Below, in pieces: positions 8,122 to 18,427 of a stretch of 24,333 nucleotides of DNA. The stretch covers positions 21,437 through 45,769 of the forward strand of contig CAZSKP010000033.1 of the NCBI GenBank assembly GCA_964607485.1, given 5' to 3'. The position numbers and the translations under genes were made by a program. Below the pieces are notes generated by a model. That model saw nothing but the letters and a program-made list of their open reading frames with translations. It was not told where the DNA came from and did not search any database. Positions within the stretch are counted from its first letter, which is position 1. Every line of letters starts with the position of its first letter. The stretch is from an uncultured bacterium (GTDB lineage Bacteria; Abyssobacteria; SURF-5).

Positions 8122-9312
8122 ATGGTTGGCTTGAAGAAGGAAATCGCACGACGCTCGGCAGAGCTTTCCGACTGGCTCGTCGAGATCAGACGCGATCTGC
8201 ACGCGCATCCGGAAATCGGCCTGAAGGAAACCCGCACGTCCGCACGGGTGGCCGAGGAGTTGCGCGGCCTCGGGCTCGAAGTGAAAACCGGCATCGGCAC
8301 GACGGGTGTCGTCGGGCTGCTCTGCGGCGGCTCGCCTGGCACCACGCTCGCCGTCAGGGCCGACATGGACGCGCTCCCGATAACCGAGGAGACGGGACTG
8401 CCGTTTGCCTCGCGGAACAAGGGCGTGATGCACGCGTGCGGGCACGACGGCCACGTCGCGATGGCGCTCGGGGCGGCGCGCGCGTTGTCGGACATGCGCG
8501 AGCGCATCCGGGGCAATGTCAAGTTCATCATGCAGCCCGCGGAGGAAAATTACGGAGGCGCAAGAGACCTTGTCGAGGAGGGCGTCCTGGAGGCTCCGAA
8601 GGTGGACGCCATCATCGCCCTCCACATCGACGCCCATGAGAGCGTCGGCAAGCTGGTGATAAAGTCCGGGGCCGTCGGGGCGTCGGCCGACGTGTTCATG
8701 ATTTCGATAAACGGCAGGGGCGGCCACGGGAGCGAGCCGCAGGCCTGCGTGGACCCCATCCACATCGCCGCTCACGTCATCACCGCCATGCAGACGATGA
8801 TACCCCGAATGCTCGACGCGCGGGACCCCGTCGTCGTGAGCGTGTGCTCCATCCAGGCCGGCACCGCCTTCAACATCATCCCCGACAGCGCTCACTTCGG
8901 TGGCACCGTGAGAACGCTTTCGAACGAGCGCCGGGCGGAGATGCCGAAAAAGCTCGAGGACATCGTCCGCGGAATAACCGCGTCGTTCGGAGCCGCGTTC
9001 GACTTCACCTACATCCACGGAGCTCCGGTCACCTCAAACGAGCCCGGCATGACCGACCTGATGCGGGGCGTCGCCGCGGAGCTCTGGGGCTCAGACAGCG
9101 TCGTCGAAATGCAGAAGCCGCACATGGGCTCCGAGGATTATTCGTATTACCTCGAAAAGGTGCCCGGAGTAATGGGCATGCTCGGCGCCGCGAAGGACGG
9201 CGGCGCATATCCGTCTCACCATCCCAAATTCGACTTCGACGAGCGCTGCCTGCCGCTCGGCGCGGAGCTGCTCGCCGCCACGGCGGTCAAATTCCTGAAC
9301 GGCACCATTTGA
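8122..9312 (+). CDS. M20D family amidohydrolase (hippurate/IAA-amino acid hydrolase-like)
   Basis: RRDLHAHPE, RADMDALP, MHACGHDGH, QPAEE, GGHGSEP, GSEDYS and HHPKFDFDE motifs. Confidence 0.95.
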   Translation: MVGLKKEIARRSAELSDWLVEIRRDLHAHPEIGLKETRTSARVAEELRGLGLEVKTGIGTTGVVGLLCGGSPGTTLAVRADMDALPITEETGLPFASRNKGVMHACGHDGHVAMALGAARALSDMRERIRGNVKFIMQPAEENYGGARDLVEEGVLEAPKVDAIIALHIDAHESVGKLVIKSGAVGASADVFMISINGRGGHGSEPQACVDPIHIAAHVITAMQTMIPRMLDARDPVVVSVCSIQAGTAFNIIPDSAHFGGTVRTLSNERRAEMPKKLEDIVRGITASFGAAFDFTYIHGAPVTSNEPGMTDLMRGVAAELWGSDSVVEMQKPHMGSEDYSYYLEKVPGVMGMLGAAKDGGAYPSHHPKFDFDERCLPLGAELLAATAVKFLNGTI

Positions 9313-9370
9313 GTTTTCGCACGGAGCGCCGCCTGCGCGGTGCGAGCCGTTTCAATCCCTCCTCCTGCTT

Positions 9371-9398
9371 TTGTTCAGACAACCCGCTGTGGTAGAAT
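9371..9398 (+). promoter_or_regulatory. Putative sigma-70 promoter for the two-component system
   Basis: TTGTTC-16 nt-TAGAAT with TG extended -10, about 45 nt upstream of ATG 9442. Confidence 0.4.
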
Positions 9399-9441
9399 AT
9401 CAAGCGAGGCTCAACAAGCCGGTTTTCAGAAAGAGCGGCCC

Positions 9442-11602
9442 ATGTATCTCAGCCAGTTGATAGAATTTATCGGCCACTTCATGGGGGCGGTACTTCAACT
9501 GATCCTCATCATGATGATGGCCCGCCGCAAGGACAAGCGGCACAGCGAAAAGGTTTTTTTCACGCTCGTTGTCGCCATCTTCATCTGGCACTCGGGCAAT
9601 TTCGTCTCGACGTTCTCCGAGCTTCTGACGGGCGAACGCGTGATAATCGTCGGGCTCATCTGGGACACGGCGGCTACGCTGAGCATGGGCTTCGTGCCCG
9701 CGCTGCTCGTGCACGCGCTGCTCGCGTTTCTCGAGGAATATCCCCCGAACTTCTTCTCCCGCCACCGCCGCATCGTCCTCCTGGCCGCGTACGCCCCTCT
9801 CATCTTCTTCTGGCGCGCTCCGCTGAGGCTGATCCAGCACCCCGAGCTGCCCAGGGCCGAGAACATCCTGCTCGTGACCGAGATGTTTCATTACTGGTCG
9901 ATCGTCGCGCTCGGGGTCGCCTCCTACATGTGTTACAGGCTGTCGAGCCTCACGAAGAATGATGTCGAGCGCCGCTTCTACATGTCGCTCGTGAGGATGT
10001 TCGTCGTCATCTTCGGGCTGCTGGTGTTCACCTACGCGTTCCATGCCAAATACCTGCCCGGCCTGGGGCAGTACTTCCTCATGGCATGCGCGCTCGCGCC
10101 CATGTTCCCGACGATAATCTTCTCATACTTCATACTCCGGTACAACTACATGGAGTACGTGCTGAAGAGGAGCATCTTCTATTCGCTTTTTGCGACGTTC
10201 GTGCTGGCCGTGTACATTCTCGGTATCCGCCGGATGGGCGACTTCCTCGAAAGGGCGCTCAACATCGACTTCAGGATAATCGAGGCGATACTCGTCATCG
10301 GCCTTATCCTCCTGATAGAACCGTTGCGGGAGAGATTTCAGGCGGCGTTCAACACCCTGTTCTTCCGCGAGCAGAGTTACTATCGAAGGGTGTTCGCCGA
10401 GCTGAGCCATCGGCTGGGCTCGCTCCAGGGGATAGAGGTCGGGCGGCTGCTGCGCTACGTCGCCAACAGCGTGCAGGCGGCGATGCGACTGAGCAACTGC
10501 AAGATCGTCCTGCTTCGCCCCGAGGACGGGCGGCTGGTAATCGACGAGACCTCGTCGCCGATGCCCTCGGCGGAAATGGACAACATCATCCGCCATTTTC
10601 AGAACGTCCATGCCCACAGCATCTCGCTGTGGCAGGTGCCCGACCAGGCGCTGGTGCGGGAAATGAAAGCGCTGGAGGCGACGCTCGTGCTGCCGATTTA
10701 TCGCGACGAACATCTGATGGGAATCATGTCGTTGGGGTCGAGCACGCAGTACCGGGAGCTTTACGAAAACGAGATCGAGATGCTGTCGATATTGCTCAAT
10801 CACCTCATCACCGCGATAGACAACACGCGGCTGATATACGACAAGCTCGAGCTGGAGCGCCGCATGCTTGCGAACGAGAAGTGGATGAGTCTCGGACGGC
10901 TCTCCGGCCAGATCGCCCACGAAGTCAAGAATCCGCTCAGTTCCATCAAGGCCATCACTCACGTCATGCGCGAAGAGCTTCCGGCCGAGAGCCCATTCTA
11001 CAAGGACCTGTCCATGGTGGAGAGCGAGATCGACAAACTTTCGGGCGTCGTCAACCAGTTGCTTCAGGTGGCCCGACCGACGACGCACGAAGAGCAGGCC
11101 GTTGACCTGCGCGACGTCGTCGAGAACGTCGCCAGCGTGCTCCGCACCGAGGCGTCCCAGAAGAACATTTTCATAAGCTGTCAATACGACGACGCAATCC
11201 CGATGGTCAAGGCCAATCCGGTCACCCTCCGCGAGATCGTGTTCAACCTGATGCACAACGGCATCCAGTCGATGAGTTCGGGCGGGAGTCTGACGGTTTC
11301 GGTCAAGCATCCTGCGCCCGACGCCGAGAGCGGGCGGCCCTCCGTGCTGATTCTGGTCCGCGACACCGGCCCCGGCATACCCAAGGAGGCCATGGAGAAA
11401 ATATTTGAGCCGTTCTACACGACGAAGGTGGGCGGCACGGGGCTCGGACTGTGGATAGTGCGCGAAAAACTCGCCGAGATGGGGGCGCAAATCAGCGTGG
11501 AAAGCGACCATGGCACCGCCGTCAGGATAGCCATTCCCACCGAGGCTCCATCCGCCGAGGCGCGGCCCGACTCCGCCTCGAATCACAAACAGGAGAAACC
11601 TG

Positions 11603-11610
<8 letters not shown>
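9442..11610 (+). CDS. Multi-TM sensor histidine kinase with GAF-like domain (PrsK-like architecture)
   Basis: Many N-terminal hydrophobic helices and a GAF-like segment (LVLPIYRDEHLMGIMSLG). H-box IAHEVKNPL, N-box VFNLMHNG, G1 DTGPG, F-box IFEPFYTTK, G2 GTGLGL. Start placed at ATG 9442 (MYLSQL). Confidence 0.93.
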
Positions 11611-13003
<1,393 letters not shown>

Positions 13004-13051
13004 GAGAACGGGCGGAGTCGCAACCAAAGAAGAACAAGAAGCGACGCGAAC

Positions 13052-13122
13052 CAGGGATTTCGCGGATTAACACGGATTCTTTTAATGTCAGGAATCTGCA
13101 GATTTCGCTGATTCACGCAGAT
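13052..13122. repeat. Short-period GGAT/CAGAT repeat clusters (REP-like)
   Basis: cagggattt-cgcggattaa-cacggatt and tgcagattt-cgctgattc-acgcagat form two runs of three roughly 9-10 bp units. Confidence 0.55.
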
Positions 13123-13125
13123 ACA

Positions 13126-13158
13126 TTCCCCCTTTGAAAAGGGGGCGAAGGGGGATTT
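13126..13158. repeat. REP-like palindrome CCCCCTTT-GA-AAAGGGGG...AGGGGGATTT
   Basis: Perfect 8-bp inverted repeat at 13128-13145 followed by a second GGGGG arm. Confidence 0.6.
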
Positions 13159-13160
13159 CC

Positions 13161-13182
13161 GTAGCGCAGGCATCCTGCCTGC
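13161..13182 (+). repeat. GTAG-type REP element
   Basis: GTAG tetranucleotide followed by the hairpin gcaggca-tcc-tgcctgc, the layout of GTAG-family REPs. Confidence 0.65.
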
Positions 13183-13293
13183 AAAGCACTGCAACACGAA
13201 GCATCCATAGCGCATACTCGATAAACCGAAGAAAAGGACAAAAACCCGAAAATAGGTGATAGGTAGAGTTGAAATTTGACAAATCCTGTTACT

Positions 13294-13914
13294 ATGGCAA
13301 CACAAATAGCTGAAATAACCACCATTGTGCAGAATATCGTGCTCGCAGCTTGCGGCATGGCCACTGTGTTTATCGCATACTTGGGTCTCACAACCTGGCG
13401 GAAAGAATTGAAGGGCAAATCAGAATACACAAAAGCAAAAGAGGTTCTTAAAGCTGTTTACAAAGTGCGCTCTTCTTTCATGCATGTCCGCAACCCTATC
13501 ATGTACTCATTCGAGTTCCCAGAGGAGATGCGAGGCCCTAGGGGCAACCTTAAGGAGGAACATGATTACGAGGGCAGAGCCCACGCGTACGCGAAGCGCT
13601 GGAAGTTGCTGGCTGATGCTTTTCAAGAGTTGGAGGAACAAAATCTTGAAGCGCAAGTTGAGTGGGGTCCAGAATTCCAGGATGTCATCATCCCACTGAG
13701 AAAGTGTCTGGCAGAATTGCAGATCACCATTGGGGACATGCTCGAAAGAAAGAAGAGCTTGCGTAATCACGAGACCATGTCAGCAGAGGAAAAAGCCAAA
13801 GAGAGGTCCGTGCTTTACTACACTGGCGAAGATTCTAAACATGACGAGTTTACTCAAAAGATCAACGCGGCGATTAAATTGTTTGAGAAGAAGCTCAGAC
13901 CTCATATCAAGTAA
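13294..13914 (+). CDS. Hypothetical protein with N-terminal TM helix
   Basis: Clean ORF in an AT-richer tract, starting at ATG 13294 or TTG 13276. Hydrophobic IVLAACGMATVFIAYLGL is followed by a charged helical domain. No family recognised. Confidence 0.75.
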   Translation: MATQIAEITTIVQNIVLAACGMATVFIAYLGLTTWRKELKGKSEYTKAKEVLKAVYKVRSSFMHVRNPIMYSFEFPEEMRGPRGNLKEEHDYEGRAHAYAKRWKLLADAFQELEEQNLEAQVEWGPEFQDVIIPLRKCLAELQITIGDMLERKKSLRNHETMSAEEKAKERSVLYYTGEDSKHDEFTQKINAAIKLFEKKLRPHIK

Positions 13915-14101
13915 GGGCAATTGAAATTCCACGAATATAATACGAAGGAAGGTAGTGTCTTCAGTTATGTGGTATATATTTGATATGTATCGCAGTCCGA
14001 AACCGATTTCAAGACATCATGATTTAAGACTCCTCTTGCTTCTCCAACCGTTGTTTCCTTGGCCAGCTATTAGCTTAAAGCGTCAAGTTTTACAGTGAGT
14101 C

Positions 14102-14947
14102 ATGGGTAATCACTATATTCCACAGTACTATCTCAGGGGATTTTGTCCCGGATTCGGCCGAACAATTTGGGTCTATGATAAGCAGAAAGCCCGGAAATTC
14201 CAGACGCAGATAAAGAGCATTGCAAACATATGCGGCCTATACCCGCAGGAACTTGAGAAATATCTTGCGGAGGACATTGAGAATCCTGCGAATCAGGTGC
14301 TTGATAAAATCCATGGTCGAGAGCCTCTGACTCCAGGCGACAAGATCACCTTTTCCAATTACATTGCGGTAATGTGGAAGAGAGTTCCAGAAACCAAAAA
14401 TCGCCTGAAGAAAAGTGCCCCTGAAATAATCGCAGGTTTGCGAGAGAAGTTTCACCGAGACTTGGACGAAGCCGTCTCTAAAGGTCTAGCGAATGCGGAC
14501 TTTGCTCAACGCCGAAAGCAGGAAATTGATGAGATTCTTGATCGATTTTCCAACGAACCACCAGCAGACATTTGGCACCAAGTAATTCCAATTGAGCGTT
14601 CGCCTGAAATAACAGCCAGTCTTGCAACAATGACATGGAGATTCATCACATTTGATGAAAAACAGGTTTTCTTGACGGGAGATAATCCCGTTTTCTTTCA
14701 TTCTAACTTGGGAATAGGAAGTCCTGAATCTGAACTATCTTTTCCAATATCAAGTCACGTAACTCTCTGGGCGACTCGCAGAATCGATCTCGCTGAAGGA
14801 TATCTTCCTGGAAGAATGTCTTTCGTCAAGGAGATGAACCGCAGGATAGCAAGCCTTGCTACACGATTTGTCTTTCAGGGAGAGGACGAAGATTGGATTC
14901 TTCCTTTTGTTATGAAGAAGTACAGGAGGCTAAATATTATAAGGTGA
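14102..14947 (+). CDS. DUF4238 domain-containing protein
   Basis: N-terminal NHYIPQYYLRGF, IWVYDK, and C-terminal FLTGDNPV and FPISSHVTL are characteristic DUF4238 motifs. Confidence 0.88.
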   Translation: MGNHYIPQYYLRGFCPGFGRTIWVYDKQKARKFQTQIKSIANICGLYPQELEKYLAEDIENPANQVLDKIHGREPLTPGDKITFSNYIAVMWKRVPETKNRLKKSAPEIIAGLREKFHRDLDEAVSKGLANADFAQRRKQEIDEILDRFSNEPPADIWHQVIPIERSPEITASLATMTWRFITFDEKQVFLTGDNPVFFHSNLGIGSPESELSFPISSHVTLWATRRIDLAEGYLPGRMSFVKEMNRRIASLATRFVFQGEDEDWILPFVMKKYRRLNIIR

Positions 14948-14952
14948 AACCA

Positions 14953-14980
14953 GAAATCTGGGGACAGCGCCCACATTTTC
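14953..14980 (+). repeat. 28-bp imperfect palindromic repeat, copy 1
   Basis: gaaatctggggacagcgcccacattttc, 23/28 identical to the copy at 16208-16235. Confidence 0.7.
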
Positions 14981-15047
14981 GTCGTCATATTTACGAACTC
15001 AAATTACTTTCAAGTTGACCCATCTTTCGGCCGGAGAACACAACGTT

Positions 15048-15485
15048 TTGGTTGATAAATCCGCAATCGGAAAGTCCACTCCCACGTACACGATGGAGGT
15101 GGAGAAGGGACACATACGCCGGTTCGCGCAGGCGCTCGGCGACGACAACCCCCTCTACCACGACGAGAAGTATGCGAAGAAGAGCCGCCACGGCGGCATC
15201 ATCGCGCCGCCCACGTTTCCTACGGTGTTCGGATTCGAGGGAGAGCGCGTGCTCGACGGTCTGGGCATCAACTACGCGCGCCTCCTGCACGGAGGGCAGG
15301 AGTACGAGTATTTCAGGCCCATCAGGGCGGGCGACACGATAAGTTTCAGCACCAAAATCGTCGATGTGACGGAGAAACAGGGCAAGAGCGGAACAATGGA
15401 TATCATCACGACTGAGATGACGGGACTTGATCAGGAGGGTGAAAAGGTGTTCGTCGGCCGGTCCACCGTGGTAATCAGACGATAG
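15048..15485 (+). CDS. MaoC-family dehydratase N-terminal-type (HadA-like) hotdog protein
   Basis: VEKGHIRRFAQALGDDNPLY, IIAPPTF and LLHGGQEYEYFRPIRAGD. Probable TTG start at 15048 with GGAG upstream; the ORF extends to 15015. Confidence 0.9.
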   Translation: MVDKSAIGKSTPTYTMEVEKGHIRRFAQALGDDNPLYHDEKYAKKSRHGGIIAPPTFPTVFGFEGERVLDGLGINYARLLHGGQEYEYFRPIRAGDTISFSTKIVDVTEKQGKSGTMDIITTEMTGLDQEGEKVFVGRSTVVIRR

Positions 15486-15502
15486 GAAGGCGCGCCAAAC
15501 CG

Positions 15503-15931
15503 ATGGCAGAGACGCCCCTGTATTTCGACGACGTGAGCGTGGGCGACGAGATCCCGAGCCTGACGAAGCCGCCCGTCACGGAAGTGCAGCTCGTGAAATA
15601 CGCGGGCGCGTCGGGCGATTTCAACCCAATTCATACCGTCCACCACTATGCGGAAAAGGCGGGCCTCGGCGGCGTGATCGCGCACGGCATGCTGAGCATG
15701 GGATTCGTGGGCGAGCACGTGACCAGATGGATGGGCGAATCGGGAACGCTCAAGCGGCTGAAGGTCCGGTTTGTCGCCATGACGCGTCCCGGCGACGTCG
15801 TCACGCTGAAAGGCAAGGTTACCGAAAAGAGGGAATCCGGCGGCGAGCGCCTCGTCGAATGCGACGTGTGGGCGGAAAAGCAGGACGGAACGAAGACCGT
15901 CACCGGCAGCGCGACCGTCGCCCTGCCCTGA
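15503..15931 (+). CDS. MaoC-family (R)-hydratase/dehydratase (HadB-like catalytic subunit)
   Basis: Hydratase-2 motif YAGASGDFNPIH, IAHGML and VRFVAMTRPGD. RBS AGGAAGG. Confidence 0.92.
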   Translation: MAETPLYFDDVSVGDEIPSLTKPPVTEVQLVKYAGASGDFNPIHTVHHYAEKAGLGGVIAHGMLSMGFVGEHVTRWMGESGTLKRLKVRFVAMTRPGDVVTLKGKVTEKRESGGERLVECDVWAEKQDGTKTVTGSATVALP

Positions 15932-15943
15932 CATCGGAAACCG

Positions 15944-16204
15944 GTGAACAGAGAAACCATCCTCGCTCTTGCGGAGCATTTGAGGCAATCCATCACCTTC
16001 ACCGAAGGCCCACGCGTCGGCCGGCTGCTGCCGCAGTCGTTCCGGAGCGAGGGCTGCGACCACACCCTTACGAAAACCACCGACTGGCTCAAAGCGAACG
16101 GGCACGATGTCAATGCCGCCGTTAGATGGCTCAAGGAACGCGGCGGCGACTGCGACTGCAAGGTGATCACGAACGTCGTCCGCACGCTCGACGCCGAGAG
16201 CTGA
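15944..16204 (+). CDS. DUF2695-like small Cys/His protein
   Basis: GCDHTL...WLK...WLKERGGDCDCKVITNV matches the DUF2695 CDH...GGxCDC pattern. GTG start 12 nt after the MaoC stop. Confidence 0.75.
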   Translation: MNRETILALAEHLRQSITFTEGPRVGRLLPQSFRSEGCDHTLTKTTDWLKANGHDVNAAVRWLKERGGDCDCKVITNVVRTLDAES

Positions 16205-16207
16205 ACG

Positions 16208-16235
16208 GAAATTCGGCGACAGCGCCCATATTCTC
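16208..16235 (+). repeat. 28-bp imperfect palindromic repeat, copy 2
   Basis: gaaattcggcgacagcgcccatattctc, a direct repeat of 14953-14980. Confidence 0.7.
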
Positions 16236-16314
16236 AACCCCTCCATTGAATCCCTAGAAACACTGGCGGACAGTATGGCCAAGATGACATGCTTAGTGAA
16301 GGAGGGATGGAAAT

Positions 16315-16794
16315 ATGGCCAAGGCACATGTTGTGAACGAATTGATTATTGAGCGCTTTTTCGACGCCCCGCGCGAACGCGTGTGGAAGGCCTGGACCGA
16401 TCGGGAAACGTTCAAGAAGTGGTGGGGTCCGAAGGATTTCACCTGTCCGTTTTCCGAGATGGACCTGCGCGTGGGCGGCAAATATCTGCATTGCATGCGT
16501 GGACCGGACGGGAAGGATTATTGGTCAACGGGCACGTACAAAGAAATTGTCCCGATGCAGAAGATAGTCGTTACCGACAGCTTCGCCGACGAAAAAGGCA
16601 AGGTCGTTCCGGCGACTCATTACGGTATGGAGGGTTTTCCGCTGGAATTGGAAGTCACCGTCACTCTTGAAGCCATCGGCGGCAAGACCAAGATGACCTT
16701 GACGCACGTTGGCCTGCCGGAAGGAGAGAGCAAGAAACAGTGTAACGCCGGCTGGAACCAATCGTTCGATAAACTTGCGAAGGTTTTGAAATAA
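16315..16794 (+). CDS. SRPBCC/AHSA1 (START-like) domain protein
   Basis: ERFFDAPRERVWKAWTD...WWGP, DLRVGGKY and GWNQSFDKL. RBS GGAGG. Confidence 0.93.
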   Translation: MAKAHVVNELIIERFFDAPRERVWKAWTDRETFKKWWGPKDFTCPFSEMDLRVGGKYLHCMRGPDGKDYWSTGTYKEIVPMQKIVVTDSFADEKGKVVPATHYGMEGFPLELEVTVTLEAIGGKTKMTLTHVGLPEGESKKQCNAGWNQSFDKLAKVLK

Positions 16795-16828
16795 CGAGAC
16801 GCAGATTTTCGAAAAAAGCTTGTTCTTC

Positions 16829-16950
16829 ACCACAAAGGCACTAAGACACAAAGAAGTCATTGATTCTTTCTCTTCTTGGATCTCTATCTTCGTGTCTTGG
16901 TGTCTTTGTGGTCGATCTAGATTCTTCTGTGTCCTCTGTGACCTCGGTGG
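16829..16950. repeat. REP-like long inverted repeat between convergent genes (possible bidirectional terminator)
   Basis: accacaaaggcactaagacacaaag (16829-16853) pairs with cttcgtgtcttggtgtctttgtggt (16888-16912), 22/25 with two of the differences being G-U wobbles. A related extra arm ctgtgtcctctgtgacctcggtgg ends at 16950. Confidence 0.7.
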
Positions 16951-17008
16951 CAACGATTCTTTTCAGCCGCTGAATACGCGGCTTCGCACGGAGAATTCCA
17001 AGTCTCTT

Positions 17009-18292
17009 TCATTCCGTCCGCTTTTCCTCGGTGAGCATAACCGATACGAGGCGGACGAACCACATAGCGAAGACGAGCATAAGAGTTGATTGGTAGGCGA
17101 TGAGCGGATAGTCGCCGCCCACCTTGTGGAACAGTGCGACGATGTTTCCCATTAATTGGGTGAAGAACGCGCCGCCGAGGAACGTGAAGAAATTGACGAT
17201 GCCCACGGCGACACCGAGTATCTCGAACGAGAACGATTCGCGCACCATCGCATGCGTCAGCACCCCGCCGCCCCAGGCGACACCCATGAGGAAAAGCAGC
17301 GCCGTCGCAAACCCGCGAGGGACCGCGAGCGGGGTGAAGGCGAACGGAAACCACACTATCAGCGCAAGAATGGAGCAGACCACCAGCACACGCTTGCGCG
17401 ATTTGAGCAGGCGGTCGGAAAGCAACCCCCACAGCGGCGCGCCGCAGATGCCCCCGAGCGAGTACCACAGAAGCGCGTTGCCCACCTCGAGCAACGAGTA
17501 CTCGTAGCTCCTGCTCAGGAACGGCCCGGCCCACAGGCTCTGGAATCCCTGCTGCGAGCTGCCGGCTATCATGAAGATGACGAGCATCAGGTAGCTGCGG
17601 TTGTGCATGAGCGTCCACACCGTTCGGAACACGGCGGCAAGCTTCTCGCCCGCGGTTTCGGTGAGCGCCGCATCGGGTGCGTCTCCGTCGGCCCCGGCGG
17701 GAGGGCTTTCCTGTTCGGGCGCATTCGTCACGTAAAAGCCCACGAGTGCGATCAGGCCGACCGTGAGCGCGCCGACGAGCAGGTAGGAATTGCGCCACCC
17801 CATCGCCTCCACCGAAAACGCCAGCGGGCTTGTGGCGAACAGGTTGCCGAGCATGCCGAGCGACATCAGTATTCCCAGCACCGTGCCGAACTCGCTCTCT
17901 TTGAACCATGCGCTCAGTATCTTTATGACCGAGAGGTAGATGCACGATATGCCCACGCCGATGAGCACTCTGCCGAGCATCGCCGTGGCGAATCCCCCTG
18001 CCGCCGCGAACACGACCGAGCCCGCCGTCGAGAGCGCGAGCGACAGGATGATGGTGCGCTTCGGGCCGACGTGGTCGGCGAATACGCCCGAGGGCAGTTG
18101 CATGAACGCGTAGCAGTAGAGCAGTATGCCGCCCAGGAGCCCGAGCGCGGCCGGATCGAGCCGGAACTCTTCGGCAAGCAGGTCGCCGATGACGGCCATC
18201 GTCACCCGGTGAAAGCTGACGAAGCAATACACCAGCGCCAGCGCCGAAAAGAGCAGGAGCCTTCTGTTGAACATGCGGGCCGGAATTCTCAT
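17009..18292 (-). CDS. MFS transporter
   Basis: About 12 hydrophobic segments, motif A-like GVFADHVGPKR and GLLSDRLLKSRKR, plus GRVLIGVG and WFKESEFG. Start is uncertain (ATG 18292 or 18274). Confidence 0.93.
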   Translation of the reverse strand: MRIPARMFNRRLLLFSALALVYCFVSFHRVTMAVIGDLLAEEFRLDPAALGLLGGILLYCYAFMQLPSGVFADHVGPKRTIILSLALSTAGSVVFAAAGGFATAMLGRVLIGVGISCIYLSVIKILSAWFKESEFGTVLGILMSLGMLGNLFATSPLAFSVEAMGWRNSYLLVGALTVGLIALVGFYVTNAPEQESPPAGADGDAPDAALTETAGEKLAAVFRTVWTLMHNRSYLMLVIFMIAGSSQQGFQSLWAGPFLSRSYEYSLLEVGNALLWYSLGGICGAPLWGLLSDRLLKSRKRVLVVCSILALIVWFPFAFTPLAVPRGFATALLFLMGVAWGGGVLTHAMVRESFSFEILGVAVGIVNFFTFLGGAFFTQLMGNIVALFHKVGGDYPLIAYQSTLMLVFAMWFVRLVSVMLTEEKRTE

Positions 18293-18355
18293 AGGTGACC
18301 GAAACAAGGTCGGGAGGGCTTACCATGAATGGCTATGACTCAACGGACAGGAAGC

Positions 18356-18384
18356 ATTATAGGAGAGCCGCCGGGGCAAGTCAA
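18356..18384 (-). promoter_or_regulatory. Sigma-70 promoter for the MFS gene
   Basis: Minus strand reads TTGACT-17 nt-TATAAT. Confidence 0.7.
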
Positions 18385-18427
18385 CCCGCGCGCGGCCTTT
18401 AATGGAATCACATGTTCCTACCGCTGA

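Noticed and set aside
13915-14101. Integron attC site between the two islet genes
   Set aside because: I found no RYYYAAC...GTTRRRY pair with the required internal palindrome, and there is no integrase in the window.
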